NCBI RefSeq assembly: GCF_006345805.1
Contig: NC_043005.1
Coordinates: 35,278,001 to 35,342,000 of the forward strand
Reading direction: 5' to 3'
From: Octopus sinensis
Lineage: Eukaryota
DNA length: 64,000 nucleotides
Shown here: piece by piece, positions 50,960-64,000 of the stretch
How positions within the stretch are numbered: the stretch's first letter is position 1
How the letters are laid out: each line of letters starts with the position of its first letter
Notes under the pieces: model-generated
The model's input: only the letters and a program-made list of their open reading frames with translations
Told to the model about the DNA's origin: nothing
The model's database searches: none
Made by a program: the position numbers and the translations under genes

Positions 50960-51299
50960 GGCGCATGGCTCAGTGGTTAGAGCGTCGAGCTTACGATCGT
51001 GAGGTTGTGAGCTCGAATCCCGGACCGGGCTGCGTGTTGTGTTCTCGAGCAAGGCACTTTATTTCACGTTGCTCCAGTTCACTCAACTGTAGAAATGAGT
51101 TGCAACGTCACTGGTGCCAAGCTGTATCGACCTTTGTCTTTCCCTTGGATAACACTGGTGGCGTGGAGAGGGGAGGCTGGTATGCATGGGCGACTGCTGG
51201 TCTTCCATAAACAACCTTGCCCAGACTTGTATCTAGGAAGGTAACTTTCTAGGTGCAATCCCATGGTCATTCATGACCGAAGGGGGTCTTTACCTTTAC
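50960..51299 (+). mobile_element. tRNA-derived SINE family A, full length
   Basis: ggcgcatggctcagtggttagagc...gggggtctttacctttac. Confidence 0.95.
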
Positions 51300-51444
51300 A
51301 TCTATATATATACATCTAGACATACATGTATACATATACATGTATATCTATAGAAATACATCTATACGTATACCATAACATATACATGTATACATATACA
51401 TCTATATTATCTATATATATACATGTATGTATATATATATATAG

Positions 51445-51475
<31 letters not shown>

Positions 51476-51493
51476 CATCCATATATATACATG

Positions 51494-51561
<68 letters not shown>

Positions 51562-51624
51562 CATATACATATATATATGTATATATATATATATACATCC
51601 ATATACATACAATAGAGAGTTGTT

Positions 51625-51897
51625 TTTATTTCCCTTTTAACACGTAATACTGAAATAGTGGAGAAGATACGATATTGCTGTGGGTCCGCCCTAGGCAAGA
51701 AGTTAAACATATATTTGCCCATGACACTACATGGACCCTAAGTAAGACATGTCTAAAATTTGAATGAAATTGGTTGTGTTCTCAAGTTTTAGGGATTCAC
51801 ACAGACAGACAGACAGACAGCTGGACAGACAGACAGAGAGACAGGTAGACAGAGAGACAGACGGACAGACACACATTCTCAGTCTCATATATATAGG
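51625..51897 (-). mobile_element. Helitron-like 5' portion (same family as 45488)
   Basis: actgagaatgtgtgtctgtc...ccctaaaacttgagaac...ttctccactatttcagtattacgtgttaaaag on minus. Confidence 0.75.
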
Positions 51898-51904
51898 GAT
51901 TAGC

Positions 51905-53947
51905 ATTAGCTAAGGACTTGGAGGAAGAAATGGAATCTGGCTCTGCAGCTCAGGTGACGGCCAAGAGACTGGCGTTAAACCAGCATCTCGAAGCCCAACA
52001 TATGGGTTGCATTGTTGGAGCCAAGATTCGTAGATTGGTTGTGAAGGAATCAAGGCAGCAGGATGGGCCCAAGTGGTGGAAGCCCAACGTGGCAATGATG
52101 GCACAATTCCATCTTTGATGAACCAAAGAAATAAGTTGATAAACGAGCTAGAGGAGATGCGTGAGGTCTTTCAGGAGCACTTCGCCCAGCTTTTCGTGAT
52201 GGGGGAAGCGGACCGGACAGTAACAGGGACCTATCAGATTTCATCACCGGGCTGCCGCGCCTGTCGGAGCTTGACGCGGAGTGTTGTGAAGGGCCGATCA
52301 CGCCTGAGGAGATAATTGAAGCTATGGCGCACCGCGACGCGGATAAGGCACCGGGACTGGATGGTCTACCCTATGAACTGTATAAGAGTATGCCAGACTT
52401 GTTCGGGCACCTGCTGGCGAATGGCTACGCGAACTGGCAGCAGAATGGGTTCATTCCCAGATCTGTGCGCCGGGGAACGGTGAGGCTTGTCAGAAAGGAC
52501 CCGAACAGGGGGGACTGCATTGATAATTTTCGGCCCATCACCCTGCTAAACACAAAGTTGAAGATTTTGACCAAAGTGTTCTCGAAAAGATTGGCGCGTG
52601 TCGCGGATGGCGTGATCGGGAAGGCACAGGCATGTGCCGTTTCCCGGTTGAACCATTCAGGATAATCTCCATCTTCTACAGTACACTGTAGAAGGGTTTC
52701 ATAATGATTCTTGCAAGGGAGGGACAGTGGTCGATTTAAACCAATCAAAGGCTTTTGATAGGGTAGACCGTCATTACCTGGTGTCCGTTCTAGCACAGTT
52801 CGGCCTGGGTATTAGCTTCCTCAGGTGGATCATTGAAATTTATAACAACATCGACCCGGTAGTTCGGGTGAACGGCTTTTTATCTAAGCCGCTCAGCTTC
52901 AAACGTTCGATTCATCAAGGGTGTCCTCTCTCCCCGCTTTTGTATGTAATGTCTCTTGAGCCATTGCTGCGAAAATTGAGCCAGGGAGGGCGGAAGTGGC
53001 CAATGTGTTCATCGCATCGGTCATCACCTACCGCCTAACCGTCGTTCCCTGCCCTGATTCGTGGTTGAGCAAGCTGGAAAGACAGCTCTTCCGCTTCTTG
53101 TGGAAGGGTTCGAATACGCTTGTAAGACGCTCTATTTGCTGCCAACAACCGTTAAAAGGTGGGCTACGGATGCCTTGGCTGATGATGCGCAGGCACGCGC
53201 TGAGGTTGAGGCGTCTGTGGCTCCATCTGGATGGTGATCGGGTGTGGTCTCCGCTGGCGAAACAGTTGTTTCCCAAGTCACTTGCTTCGGTGGACTGGAG
53301 ATCTGGTTCTATCGTAGATCGAAGTTGGGTACATGGTGTACGGAGTGTCGTAAGGCTCTCCGGATATTTCATCTCTCGGGTAACACTTGCGATAGTGGTT
53401 CTACCACATTCTTCTATAGAGGGTTGGTAGAGGCGAAGTGTGACGATAGCTTGGGGAAGCTCTAGGTCTCGACAATAATCAGCTGGCCAATCTGTTCCAA
53501 CGTACATTCGGGCCGAAGACACTGGATAAATTCCAGATGTCTTTGGCATGGCAATGTTACCGAGGAGCCTTACCTGTCCGGGACAAACTCGCAATCATGG
53601 TGGCCCTAACCCACCGACCTGTCGAAGATGTGGGCGAGTCAGGGAAACCGTCCCGCATGCTTATTGTTCAGTGTTTAGTGGTTTCAGATGTATGGGTTTA
53701 TGCCGAACAACTATTGTCTAGTACAGGAAGAGTACAGTTATCAACTGAGTCAATAGTAAAAATTGACCCACCGGATTTCCTATCGAAAGAAGGTAAGAAT
53801 TACTTTCACATCGTAGTAGCAATTGCAAGAAAGGTGATTTGGAAGACGCGAATGAAAGGTTTAATAACAGACATTTTTATCTCTAGCCCTGGGTTGGTGT
53901 ATTTCTTCACCTTCCACCTACGAAGGAAAATAGGGCTAGAAACGTAG
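51905..53947 (+). pseudogene. Tx1/L1-type LINE ORF2 (RT plus zf-RVT), decayed
   Basis: KAPGLDGLPYELY, NFRPITLLN, DLNQSKAFDRV, HQGCPLSPLLY, FRFLWKG, C-terminal FFTFHLRRK; YADD region deleted; multiple frameshifts. Confidence 0.95.
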
Positions 53948-54720
53948 CCTCAGTCCAGTCAAGAGAGCAAAAATCGTGATATTCCAGCAGCAAAAAGCTT
54001 CCTTTTCGAACATCAGCAAACAACTAAAGTGCAGTAAAACGGCTTGCGTGTAAGCGTGTAAGTTATTTTCGGAGACTGGTCAATATAAAGATCGGCAAAG
54101 GACTGGCGCCCCAAGAAAAATGATGGCGCAGTTGGACCGTCGAATCCACCGACTTTCGGAAAGCAACTGAATGCTGACAGACGTTGACATTTGTAAACAA
54201 TTGTCCAACGAGAATGGTATTATTTGTACACCATAAACCGTCCGCAACCGTTTGAGAGAATTTGGACTACATGGAAAAGGCCAATAATACCCGAAAAAGT
54301 CGACTCAAACGTCTTAATTTCGCAAAAAGCCAATCCTCAATGGACAGCCGAAGATTGGTGCAGGGTCCTTTGGAGTGACGAGTCACGCTTCTGAATATTT
54401 GGATCAGATGGTAAAACATATGTCAGACGTCACCCAACCGAAGAATTCCATCCGAAATGCGTGAAAAAGACGACGCAAGCGGGGGATGGGGGTGATGGTG
54501 TGGGTGGCATTTAGTAGCTTTGGTGTTGGCCCTCTAGTTAAAATTGATAGAAAGCTAAATAGTGTAGGTTTTCTGAATCTAATAAAGCATAATGTGCCAT
54601 ATTTGACTCACCAAATGCCTCCGGGGGCTATTTACCAGCAGGACAATAGTCCTGTGCACAAATCCAAAAATGTTATGGAATTATTTGATCACCATAATAT
54701 TGACGTAATCGAATGGCCTA
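53948..54720 (+). pseudogene. Tc1-family transposase, decayed and truncated at EWP
   Basis: HTH region, VLWSDESRF, VMVWVAFS, YQQDNSPVH, VIEWP. Confidence 0.9.
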
Positions 54721-55562
54721 CTACACACCCGCACACCCGCACACATCCATATACATATATACACTCGCATGCACTGCATCCGCAAATATTTGCATATACA
54801 TATATAGGCACTCATATATGGATTCATATGTATAAAAAAACACATATACACATATATCCGCCCATGAATATATATACATATAAATATACATATATATATA
54901 TATACGTATACACATGAACATATGTCGACATATCCACATATACTTACGAAATTACAGATATACATGTCTGCCTACAGCTTTGCATATATATACATTCATG
55001 CATCACCAAACAACCTTCCTGGATTTTACCTGGAGAAAGGAACCCCGACGACCCGTTAAAACTTTTCTGACACAGCTGCAGGTATGGAATAATACTCTCA
55101 ATTGCCTCTTTGAATTTGCCTTTATATATTTTATATATTTCAGGTTTATATTTCTATATGCTTATCATCAGACTCTTAATATAAATATGTGGATATTCGA
55201 ATTGATATGATACCTCATGTCTTACATGTGAATTATGAATTTGCTTTTCTGAATACTTTAAGACAGATATCTGAAATTTTTCTCGGATAGCAAATTTAGT
55301 AATCTTTAGCTAATATACGGGCGAAACAACAGTTGTACTATATACTGAAGCTTTATCTCTATTAAAATTCTCGTATTATATATATATATATATATTATAT
55401 ATATATGTACATATACATTCATAGATACAATTTCCATTCTAGTAGGTTTCAAGAATATCTCATCTTTTCTCATATTTCATGCCTAAGACATGTATTCTCT
55501 ATTCTGGGTTTTATATACCTCTTTCTACTAATACTGTATATTTATATCTATATATATGAATA

Positions 55563-55744
55563 TAAGTAGCTTCCTTACGAACCACATGGTTCCGGGTTCA
55601 GTCCCACTGCGTGGCAGCTTGGGCAAGTGTCTTATACTATAGCCTCGGGCTGACCAAAGCCTTGTGAGTGGATTGGGTAAACGGATACTGAAAGAAGCCG
55701 GTCGTATGTATAAATATGTATGTGTGTGTGTGTGTGTTTGTGTA

Positions 55745-55783
<39 letters not shown>

Positions 55784-55994
55784 TGGTGTGTGTGTGTGTG
55801 TGGTGTATGTGTCAGTGTTTGTCCCCTCAATATCGCTTGATAAACCGATGCTGGTGTGTTTAACACGCCGTAACTTAGCGGTTCGGCAAAAGAGACGGAT
55901 AGAATAAGTACTAGGCTTACATAGAATAAGTACTGGGGTCGATTTGCTCGACTAAAGGCGTTGCTCTAGCATGACTGAAACAAGTAAAATAAAA
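55563..55994 (+). mobile_element. SINE family D
   Basis: accacatggttccgggttcagtcccactgcg...(TG)n...gctctagcatgactgaaacaag. Confidence 0.9.
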
Positions 55995-56214
55995 ATCTCT
56001 AATTCATTTAAACCGAAACGGGAGCAACAGTTTGAGACGAAGACGCATTTTGTCGAAATGCGGAGGGGATAAAAGAGCCGATAGCTGGAAAGCTTTTCTT
56101 AGGTTGCCTGTCTTGTTTCTTTCGTTGTTCGCAAAACAAATTCGTATTCGATGTTTTCGTATTTCATGTTTTCGCTGCCTAAAACGCTGCTGCATATGTG
56201 TACGTGAGATTGTA

Positions 56215-57026
56215 CATACATGCATACATATATATACATACAAATACATACATATTCATACACATACATATACATACATACACATACATTTACATAGATA
56301 CACATACACACATACACATACATACATGCACATACACATAGAGAAACACAAATACATACACACGCACATACACACACATATATACATACACATACATATA
56401 TACACATGCACACACATACATACACACACATACACACACACATACATACACATATACACATGCATACACACACATACATACACACACATACACACACATA
56501 CATACACATATACACATGCATACACATACATATGTACACACACATACATACACACATAGATACACACACATACATACATACACACACATACATACACACA
56601 CATACATACATACACACACATACATACACACACATACATACACTCATACATACACGCACATACATACATGCACGCACATACATAAACGCACACATATACA
56701 TACACACACATGCATACGTACATAAGATACATAAATGCACACACATACATACACACATACATGCACACACATACACGCACACAATACACACACACACATA
56801 CACGCACACAGATACACACACATATATACACACACATACATACATACACATACTTATATACATACAGATACATGCATACACAAACAATCGCATACATACA
56901 TGCACATACATACAAGCACATACATACATGCACACACATACATGCACACACATACACACATGCACATACATATACAAATATAGCTAAGCTGAGCTGAGCT
57001 GAGCTGAGCTAAGCTAAGCTAAGCTC
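56215..57026. repeat. CA/TACA-rich array ending in (GCTRA)n pentamers
   Basis: Direct reading. Confidence 0.9.
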
Positions 57027-57624
57027 TTTGTAATAGTGGAGACAATGCCGTAGAGCTCACTGTTGGGCCGGTAGCGGTGGACAGTGTGCTCTACGGAGCC
57101 CAGAGCGAGCTCTGGTCGCCGTAGCGCTCACTGAGGACGATGTGTTTTGGAACAAAGTTTGTTACCATACAGCCACACCTGCACCTCTGTGTGTGTGTAT
57201 GTGTGTATGGGTGTATATATGTATGCATGTATATATGTGAATATATATGTGTACATATTACATGTACATCTATAAATATATATTCATCTACACATATACA
57301 TGTCTACATATACACCTATATGTATAGAAATAAATGTATACATATACAGCTATACACACATACACAGCTATACACACATACCCACATACACACATAGATA
57401 GGTGCAGGTGTGGCTGTGTGTTAACAAGTTTCATTCTAAAACACATGGTCCTGGGTTTAAATATAAATTAAAAATAATAAGGGTGAGAAATTGAATATTA
57501 ATTTGATTAATATGAATTGAAAACCAGTGGTGTAGCATACAAGACCATAGCGGATCTTCTTCTAGCAAAATGGATGTCTAGTGTTAATGGTTCATCCCTC
57601 TTATATAATAGTTTGACTTTAATA

Positions 57625-57905
57625 GTTTCAGTATTAAAGTGAAAGTATCTGACATTATAATAGAGAAATGTTTTTGTTTCACTTTTAACACGTAATACTG
57701 AAATAGTGGAGAAGATATGATATTGTTGTAGGCTCGCCCTAGGCAAGAAGTTAGAAGTTTTTTTTTGCCCATGACACTACATGGACCCTAAGTAAGACAT
57801 GTGTAAAATTTGAATGAAATTGGTTGTGTAGTTCTCAAGTTTTAGGGATTCACACAAGACAGACAGACAGACAGACACACATTCTCAGTTTCATATATAT
57901 ATAGA
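57625..57905 (-). mobile_element. Helitron-like 5' portion (same family as 45488)
   Basis: TCTATATATATATGAAACTGAGAATG...(GTCT)n on minus; homologous to 45692-45900. Confidence 0.8.
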
Positions 57906-58084
57906 TATATATATATGTGTATATATATACATATACATATATATACTATATATTAAATACACACATACACACAGCAGAGACAGCTCAACAAATACTATTG
58001 ATAGGTGCATCAAGTTACATAAATACATATACATACATATACATAGATACATATACAAATATATGTATATATTTGTGTGTGTGT

Positions 58085-58260
58085 GTATCTGTGCTTGTCC
58101 TCCCTTCAACCAACTGATGTTGGTGTGTTTCTGTTCCCGTAACTTAGCGGTTCGGCAAAAGTAACAAAGAAAAAGTCCTGGAGTCAATTTGTTCGACTAA
58201 CGACATGGGGTTCCAGCATGGCTGCTGTCAAATGACTGAAACAAGAAAAAAGATAAAAGA
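58085..58260 (+). mobile_element. SINE family D 3' half
   Basis: ttcccgtaacttagcggttcggcaaaag...gtcaaatgactgaaacaag. Confidence 0.8.
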
Positions 58261-58289
58261 ATCCATACATATACATACGCACGAGGACA

Positions 58290-58335
58290 CACACACTTGT
58301 ACATACATACATACATACATACATACATACATACA

Positions 58336-58371
<36 letters not shown>

Positions 58372-58438
58372 CCTACATATATATACATACATACATACAT
58401 ACATATATATACATACATATACATACATATACATACAT

Positions 58439-58471
<33 letters not shown>

Positions 58472-58528
58472 CATACATACATACATACATACATGCATAC
58501 ATATATATATACATACATATATATATAC

Positions 58529-58573
<45 letters not shown>

Positions 58574-58850
58574 CATATATATACATACATATATATATAC
58601 ATACATATATATATATATACATAGATATACATACATACATACTACATACATACATACATATACATACATATATATATACATGCATACATACATACATACG
58701 TACATAGATATACATACATACATACATACATACATACATACATGCATGCATACATACATACACATACATACATACATACATACATACATACACACACACA
58801 TACATACATACATACATACATACATACATACATACATACATACATACACT
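58290..58850. repeat. (TACA/TA)n array
   Basis: Direct reading. Confidence 0.95.
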
Positions 58851-59405
58851 CATGAACAATATTAGGACCTTAGATCACCAACTTGACATATTTTCGCGCA
58901 AGTAAAAGAGGGCATCAGTTACTGTTGTTGCTGTTGTTATCTTTGCCTTCATGTCGACGTCATGGTCGTAGTAGGTGTTGTCGTGGCCATGGCAACGTCA
59001 CAAGCAGCAACGTTAACGGAATTACAATTATTGAGTATACGGAGTTCCAACATGTCTAAATTGCAAATACTTTTATTGTTGGTGTTATTTTACTCAAGGT
59101 CAGTCCTCGTTGAACACACCTATGTTCATCAGAACTCTAGCCTTCACTGTCCTGTATTTAGTTTTCATCCAATCACACAGCTTCAATGATAGAAATCCCT
59201 GTAATTTACTGCAATAGATTAAATTGACTCTAGCCTCTCGTTTCCTTAAATTTCTGAAGACTTGAACGCATGTTCGAAATTATTACTATTTATACTCCAT
59301 AGGATGGGCTTCACTTGCACTCCGTTGCTACCTTCTCTTTGTGAGTCAGGCTTAATACTAGCCAAACCCCGAGCATTTTTGCGACCAGTAAGTACTCTTA
59401 TCTTT

Positions 59406-59525
59406 GGTGGTGTGGCTTAATAGTTAGATTTAATTCACGATCATGGGTTCAATTCCTGTACCAGGTGGAAAGTTATGTCCTCAAGCAAGGCACTTCATTT
59501 TATGTTACTCCAGTGCGATCAGTTA
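59406..59525 (+). mobile_element. Degenerate tRNA/CORE SINE (A-like)
   Basis: gtggcttaatagttag...gggttcaattcc...gcaaggcacttcatttt. Confidence 0.55.
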
Positions 59526-60469
59526 CATTGTACCACCCAATTGCTGGTGCAACTCTTTCTCCCTCCATCGTAGATGCTCTTACTGGGTCAAGAGCTGGAG
59601 GGCCGGGAGAGTATCTATGTTTGATCACGACTACATAGGCACCTAAAATTATTAGAAAAAACATGGTACATTCTACCAAGTCACACTGATTTGTGAGTGG
59701 CAGCTATATTATTTTTTAAATTTTAACTATGCCTTATAGGATGGTACCACTTGCACTTAGTAACTCTCTCTGTGTGCATTATATTAAATAGTCACCAAAC
59801 ATCACGCCTTTTTTGCGACCATTTTCCTAATATTTGACGCTGTTTTTATTGTTATTATTGATAAGATAAAGTGATGACCACGTGAACTGTATACTCATCC
59901 CATTATATCCTGGGTATGCCTTTAAACTGCATTCGGTAGTGGGGCTCTGGTTGGGGAATTCCAGAGTTTTGAGGATTGTGAAACTGCCTCCCAGTCACTA
60001 TTGTTTCCAGGCCTACTCTGACCCAGACTAGTAGCACCTATCAGGGTCCCGGCTATGGGTTAATTAGTATATTGGAGCTTGTCTACCTAATTATGTGAAG
60101 ACAGGATCCGGCGAGCTCTACGGGAGAAACTTTCATGATTCAACAAAGGGGAATGCAGCTGTAGCAACGCATTGTGAAATGCAGAGAACAAGATGAGTCA
60201 AGTAAGACATCTTGGTTATCCACCGCATCCGTCTCCACCCCTGTCAGCTTGACCTGGGCTTGCCATTCGATTGAAAATGGTCATAGATGAGGAACTGAGG
60301 TTGACTGTGCGCAAATCTACTTTAAACAAAGTACGATTAGATAGTCCTCGTCATAAAATGGTAAATTCCCTGCTATTGTGTTAAATGCTTTCTATTTTTG
60401 TTTTGCAGCATCCCCAAAAGTCTTCAGTATCTTCTTAAACGTAGTGCATATAGTCCGAAGGTTCCTGCA

Positions 60470-60471
<2 letters not shown>

Positions 60472-60567
<96 letters not shown>

Positions 60568-60645
60568 TAATAATAATAATATAATAATAATAATATAATA
60601 ATAATAATAATAACAATAATATTATATATATATATATATATATAT
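60472..60645. repeat. (TAA)n and (TA)n microsatellite
   Basis: Direct reading. Confidence 0.98.
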
Positions 60646-62011
60646 GGAAAGTTACAAAGTTAATTCGATAAAAACCAAAGATAAAAAATCCTCTCTCATC
60701 TCATAAAATGTTAACTTTTCGAATGAATAATGGTATGTGCCACCAAAGTAAAAATCTTCTAGCCAGAAACATGTCATCCCTGACCTGTAGAAGACTGTTA
60801 TAACTAAATCCTTCACCAGGTAGAACATATATTTTATGTTGAGCAGTGAGTTGGTGGAGACATAGGAGTGAAGGATTGCTCATAGTTTTTGGACCATTCA
60901 AAAGCAGTGAAATTTCAGTTAATTCAATTGAGTTGTGAAGTTTAGAAAATGTACACGATGTTGAAACCTTTATTGTTAGCTTAAACTCAATTCTAACCCT
61001 AACTAGTAAATACTTCCAACTATATACAAATATAATGGTGTACGACCATATTTGACTCGTCCGTGTACACTCGGATGTGGGAAGACTTTTCGCTGTTGAA
61101 ATTGTTGTAGGAGAAAATTCTCTCCACAGACAAAATATATGAAAATGCATTAGCCTATGAACGTCGTCATCGGATTGTAACATGCATTTCTGTGTCATTG
61201 CGCATTGACAGCCTGAAAAGAACGATAGCTCTTACTTATAATAAAAGTAAATAATACATTTACTGATGTGCGCGAAACTTGGTTAAGCAGGAAATAAATA
61301 ACTACGATTGCACGAAGTAGCATTGAATGATATATATTCATGTGAAATCATATTTAACACGTTTGTGTACACTCGGACGTGGGAACATTTTTGGCTGCAT
61401 TGTACAGATTAATGCTGCATTGTACAGATTACGCAGCATTAATCTGTACAATGCTGCATCGTGCGACTTTAGTTATTATATACGAAAACATCTTTTTAAG
61501 TGACTGGGGATCACACAACACGTAACATGTAATGAAATCAAAATTCCAGCGCATTAGCAGTCCTATACAACTATTTCAACTAAACTGGCCTAGCTCTGTT
61601 CGAAACCATTAGCAAATATACGAATCAGTTCACAGATACTTTAACTTGACAAATTTTTTGAACTATTCTAGACAAACTGTCTGCACTTGGCTATGTTTGT
61701 CCAAACAAAAATTCACAAAATTCCTTGTTTGAACAGTCAAAAGAAATACATTATAAATATATGACACACACTGACCAGGTGGCTGGTATATCGCCGTTTA
61801 TATATTTAGAACAAGCAGCCCCGTATATTAATAGTAATTAGCTGTACACTAAACGGTTAGGACTTTTAAATTGAAATTTCCCACACGCACGCACGCGCAC
61901 ACACACACAGAGGTTAAGACTTTTTAAAATCGAAATTTTACGCATGCATGCGCACGTACACGTACGTACACACATGCTCACACCCTCACCACTACTCACG
62001 CACGCACACAA

Positions 62012-62305
62012 GCGCAGTGAGGGTTCCATTTGATCCGATCAATGGAATAGCCTACACGTGAAATTAATGCGCAAGTGGCTGAACACTCCACGGACACGTG
62101 TACCCTTAACGCAGTTCTCGGGGAGATTCAGCATGACATAACAGAGTGTGACAAGGCCGGTCCTTTGAATTACAGATACTACTCATTTTCGCCAGCTGAA
62201 TGGACCGAAGGAACATGAAATAAAGAGTCTTGTTCAAGGACACAACGCATCACGACCTTACGATCGTAAGCCGAATACCCTAACCACTAAATCACGCGCC
62301 TTCAC
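62012..62305 (-). mobile_element. Chimeric SINE: A-like head/CORE plus family B 3' tail
   Basis: Minus head ggcgcgtgatttagtggttag...ttacgatcgtaagg...gtccttgaacaag, then ggccttgtcac...ggaaccctc. Confidence 0.7.
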
Positions 62306-62323
62306 CATGCATATATACACATG

Positions 62324-62388
<65 letters not shown>

Positions 62389-62435
62389 ACGCGACTGTGT
62401 GTTTGCCTGTGTGCATGTCTATATTATATATAGAC

Positions 62436-62820
62436 GTGGAGGCGCAATGGCCCAGTGGTTAGGGCAGCGGACTCGCGGTCGTAGGATCGCGGTTTCGATT
62501 CCCAGACCGGGCGTTGTGAGTGTTTATTGAGCGAAAACACCTAAAGCTCCCCGAGGCTCCGGCAGGGGATGGTGGTGATCCCTGCTGTACTCTTTCACCA
62601 CAACTCTCTCTCACTCTTACTTCCTGTTTCTGTTGTACCTGTATTTCAAAGGGCCGGCCTTGTCACTCTCTGTGTCACGCTGAATATCCCCCGAGAACTA
62701 CGTTAAGGGTACACGTGTCCGTGGAGTGCTCAGCCACTTACACGTTAATTTCACGAGCAGGCTGTTCCGTTGATTCGGATCAACCGGAACCCTCGTCGTC
62801 GGAACCAACGGAGTGCTTCC
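62436..62820 (+). mobile_element. SINE family B, full length, young
   Basis: Near-identical to 32645-33032. Confidence 0.95.
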
Positions 62821-63279
62821 ATCCATTATATATATTTAACGGTTTATAAAAAAATATTTTAAACTTAAAAATATCCGCCAACATCAATGAAATCTACCTT
62901 CTTGACATTAGAAGAGCCGCCTCTCCCACCGAAAATCACTCGAAAGTGCTAAACAACACTCCACACTCTATGTCACCACTGTCTGGCATCAAAGAGAAGT
63001 CTGCTTCGCTAGTAAATATAAAAGTAAAACTTAGGATGTTTTCCTTCTTCTGTAAAGTACATTTCTCTCTTGAACTGCTCTATCTTTTCTTGATTTGGTA
63101 ACGTTGTCTGACCAGCAACATTGCTGAGGCCCTGGTGGGGTTTACAGCTGATACGATTTTTATAATCAGAACAGTTTCTACGATGAGAATGACGAAGATA
63201 TTCAGTGATGAGCAAAAAATTAAGACTCAAAACAGGAAAGAATTCTTTTCTAAAGAAACAAAAAAAAAAAGAAAAACCA

Positions 63280-63560
63280 TACCACCACCATCCCTACCAC
63301 CACCACAACTATTACAGCCAGCACTATTACCACCAACACCACTATTACAGCCAGCACTACCGCTCCCATAAAACAACAACAAAACACCATCACCACCACT
63401 GTAACACAAACAACATCAATAAAGTGAGACTGAAGCCGAGTCAACCACCACCGCCATCACCACCACCACCACCGCCATCACCATCAGCACTACCACCGCC
63501 ATCACCATCAGCACCACGACGACCACGACGACCACCACCACCACCAACAACAACAACAGA
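63280..63560. repeat. (CAC/CAA/CCA)n low-complexity tract
   Basis: Direct reading. Confidence 0.9.
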
Positions 63561-64000
63561 GACAGAAAATAGCACAAAAAAAATGTTTCCAGAGACACAG
63601 ATGTCCTGTGGAGGGACTTAAAAAAAGTCCACAATAGAGGCGGTAGGAGTGGTGCATAAGATGGGAAGGCGGGGACAGTTTTGTATTCCAGGCTAAATTG
63701 AGAGAGGCAGCACTTTAAGGAATATCGTTTCTTTTAGACATGGAACTGGGAGGGACAAGGATCCGAATGGGTGGTTTAAACTGCCAGAAATGCCAACTCT
63801 TGATATCATGGGCCACAAAATCAAGCATCAAAACTACTTATTTTAACATTCCAAGGTTTTTTTCTATCTCAAATCAGAATTTAAAAAAAAATAGCAATAA
63901 AAAAGCTGTTTGGAGTGATTACCTGACTTGAATATCTGTAGTTAGCGGTATTACATAGGTGGCAGCACGCAGACAGCCTCGGACAAACAACTCACATGGA

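Noticed and set aside
50960-51030. tRNA-like sequences at SINE heads (also 1610-1679, 6416-6485, 32960-33032, 62436-62505)
   Set aside because: They have A/B boxes but no complete cloverleaf or acceptor stem and continue into SINE bodies; not tRNA genes.
59225-59260. CUGAAGA-cuu-GAAC-gcau-GUUC-GAAAUUA
   Set aside because: It has a three-nt insertion before stem II and no convincing stem I or III; could be chance.
60701-61198. 165-aa minus-strand ORF
   Set aside because: No recognisable motif; lies within a probable DNA-transposon remnant.
63737-63830. Possible exon after ttttag (HGTGRDKDPNGWFKLPEMPTLDIM)
   Set aside because: No donor site, and the peptide is not recognised.

Overview
Repeat-saturated, AT-rich eukaryotic DNA, most likely an Octopus genome (inferred from the tRNA-derived SINE families and the very high TA/CA/TACA/GATA microsatellite load, not from a database match). 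I cannot support any host protein-coding gene: nearly all ORFs in the supplied track are translations of microsatellites or SINEs. The only recognisable coding sequence is decayed transposon ORFs: Helitron PIF1 helicase, Tigger/pogo DD32D, DD41D mariner, Tc1, Tx1-type, RTE, CR1 and R4/Dong-type LINEs. At least five SINE families occur (labelled A-E here for convenience), plus non-autonomous Helitrons and MITEs, and one 100-N assembly gap. The most interesting signal is a set of minimal type I hammerhead-ribozyme (HHR) motifs from at least three unrelated short repeat families. Several sit in head-to-head or tail-to-tail palindromes. They carry non-canonical cores (a U3-A8 covariant, recurrent CCGACGA, and half-hammerheads lacking GAAA), and I found no Penelope ORF in the window. 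This suggests a set of non-autonomous Penelope-like/retrozyme-like ribozyme elements. All folds were done by eye and ribozyme activity is untested.
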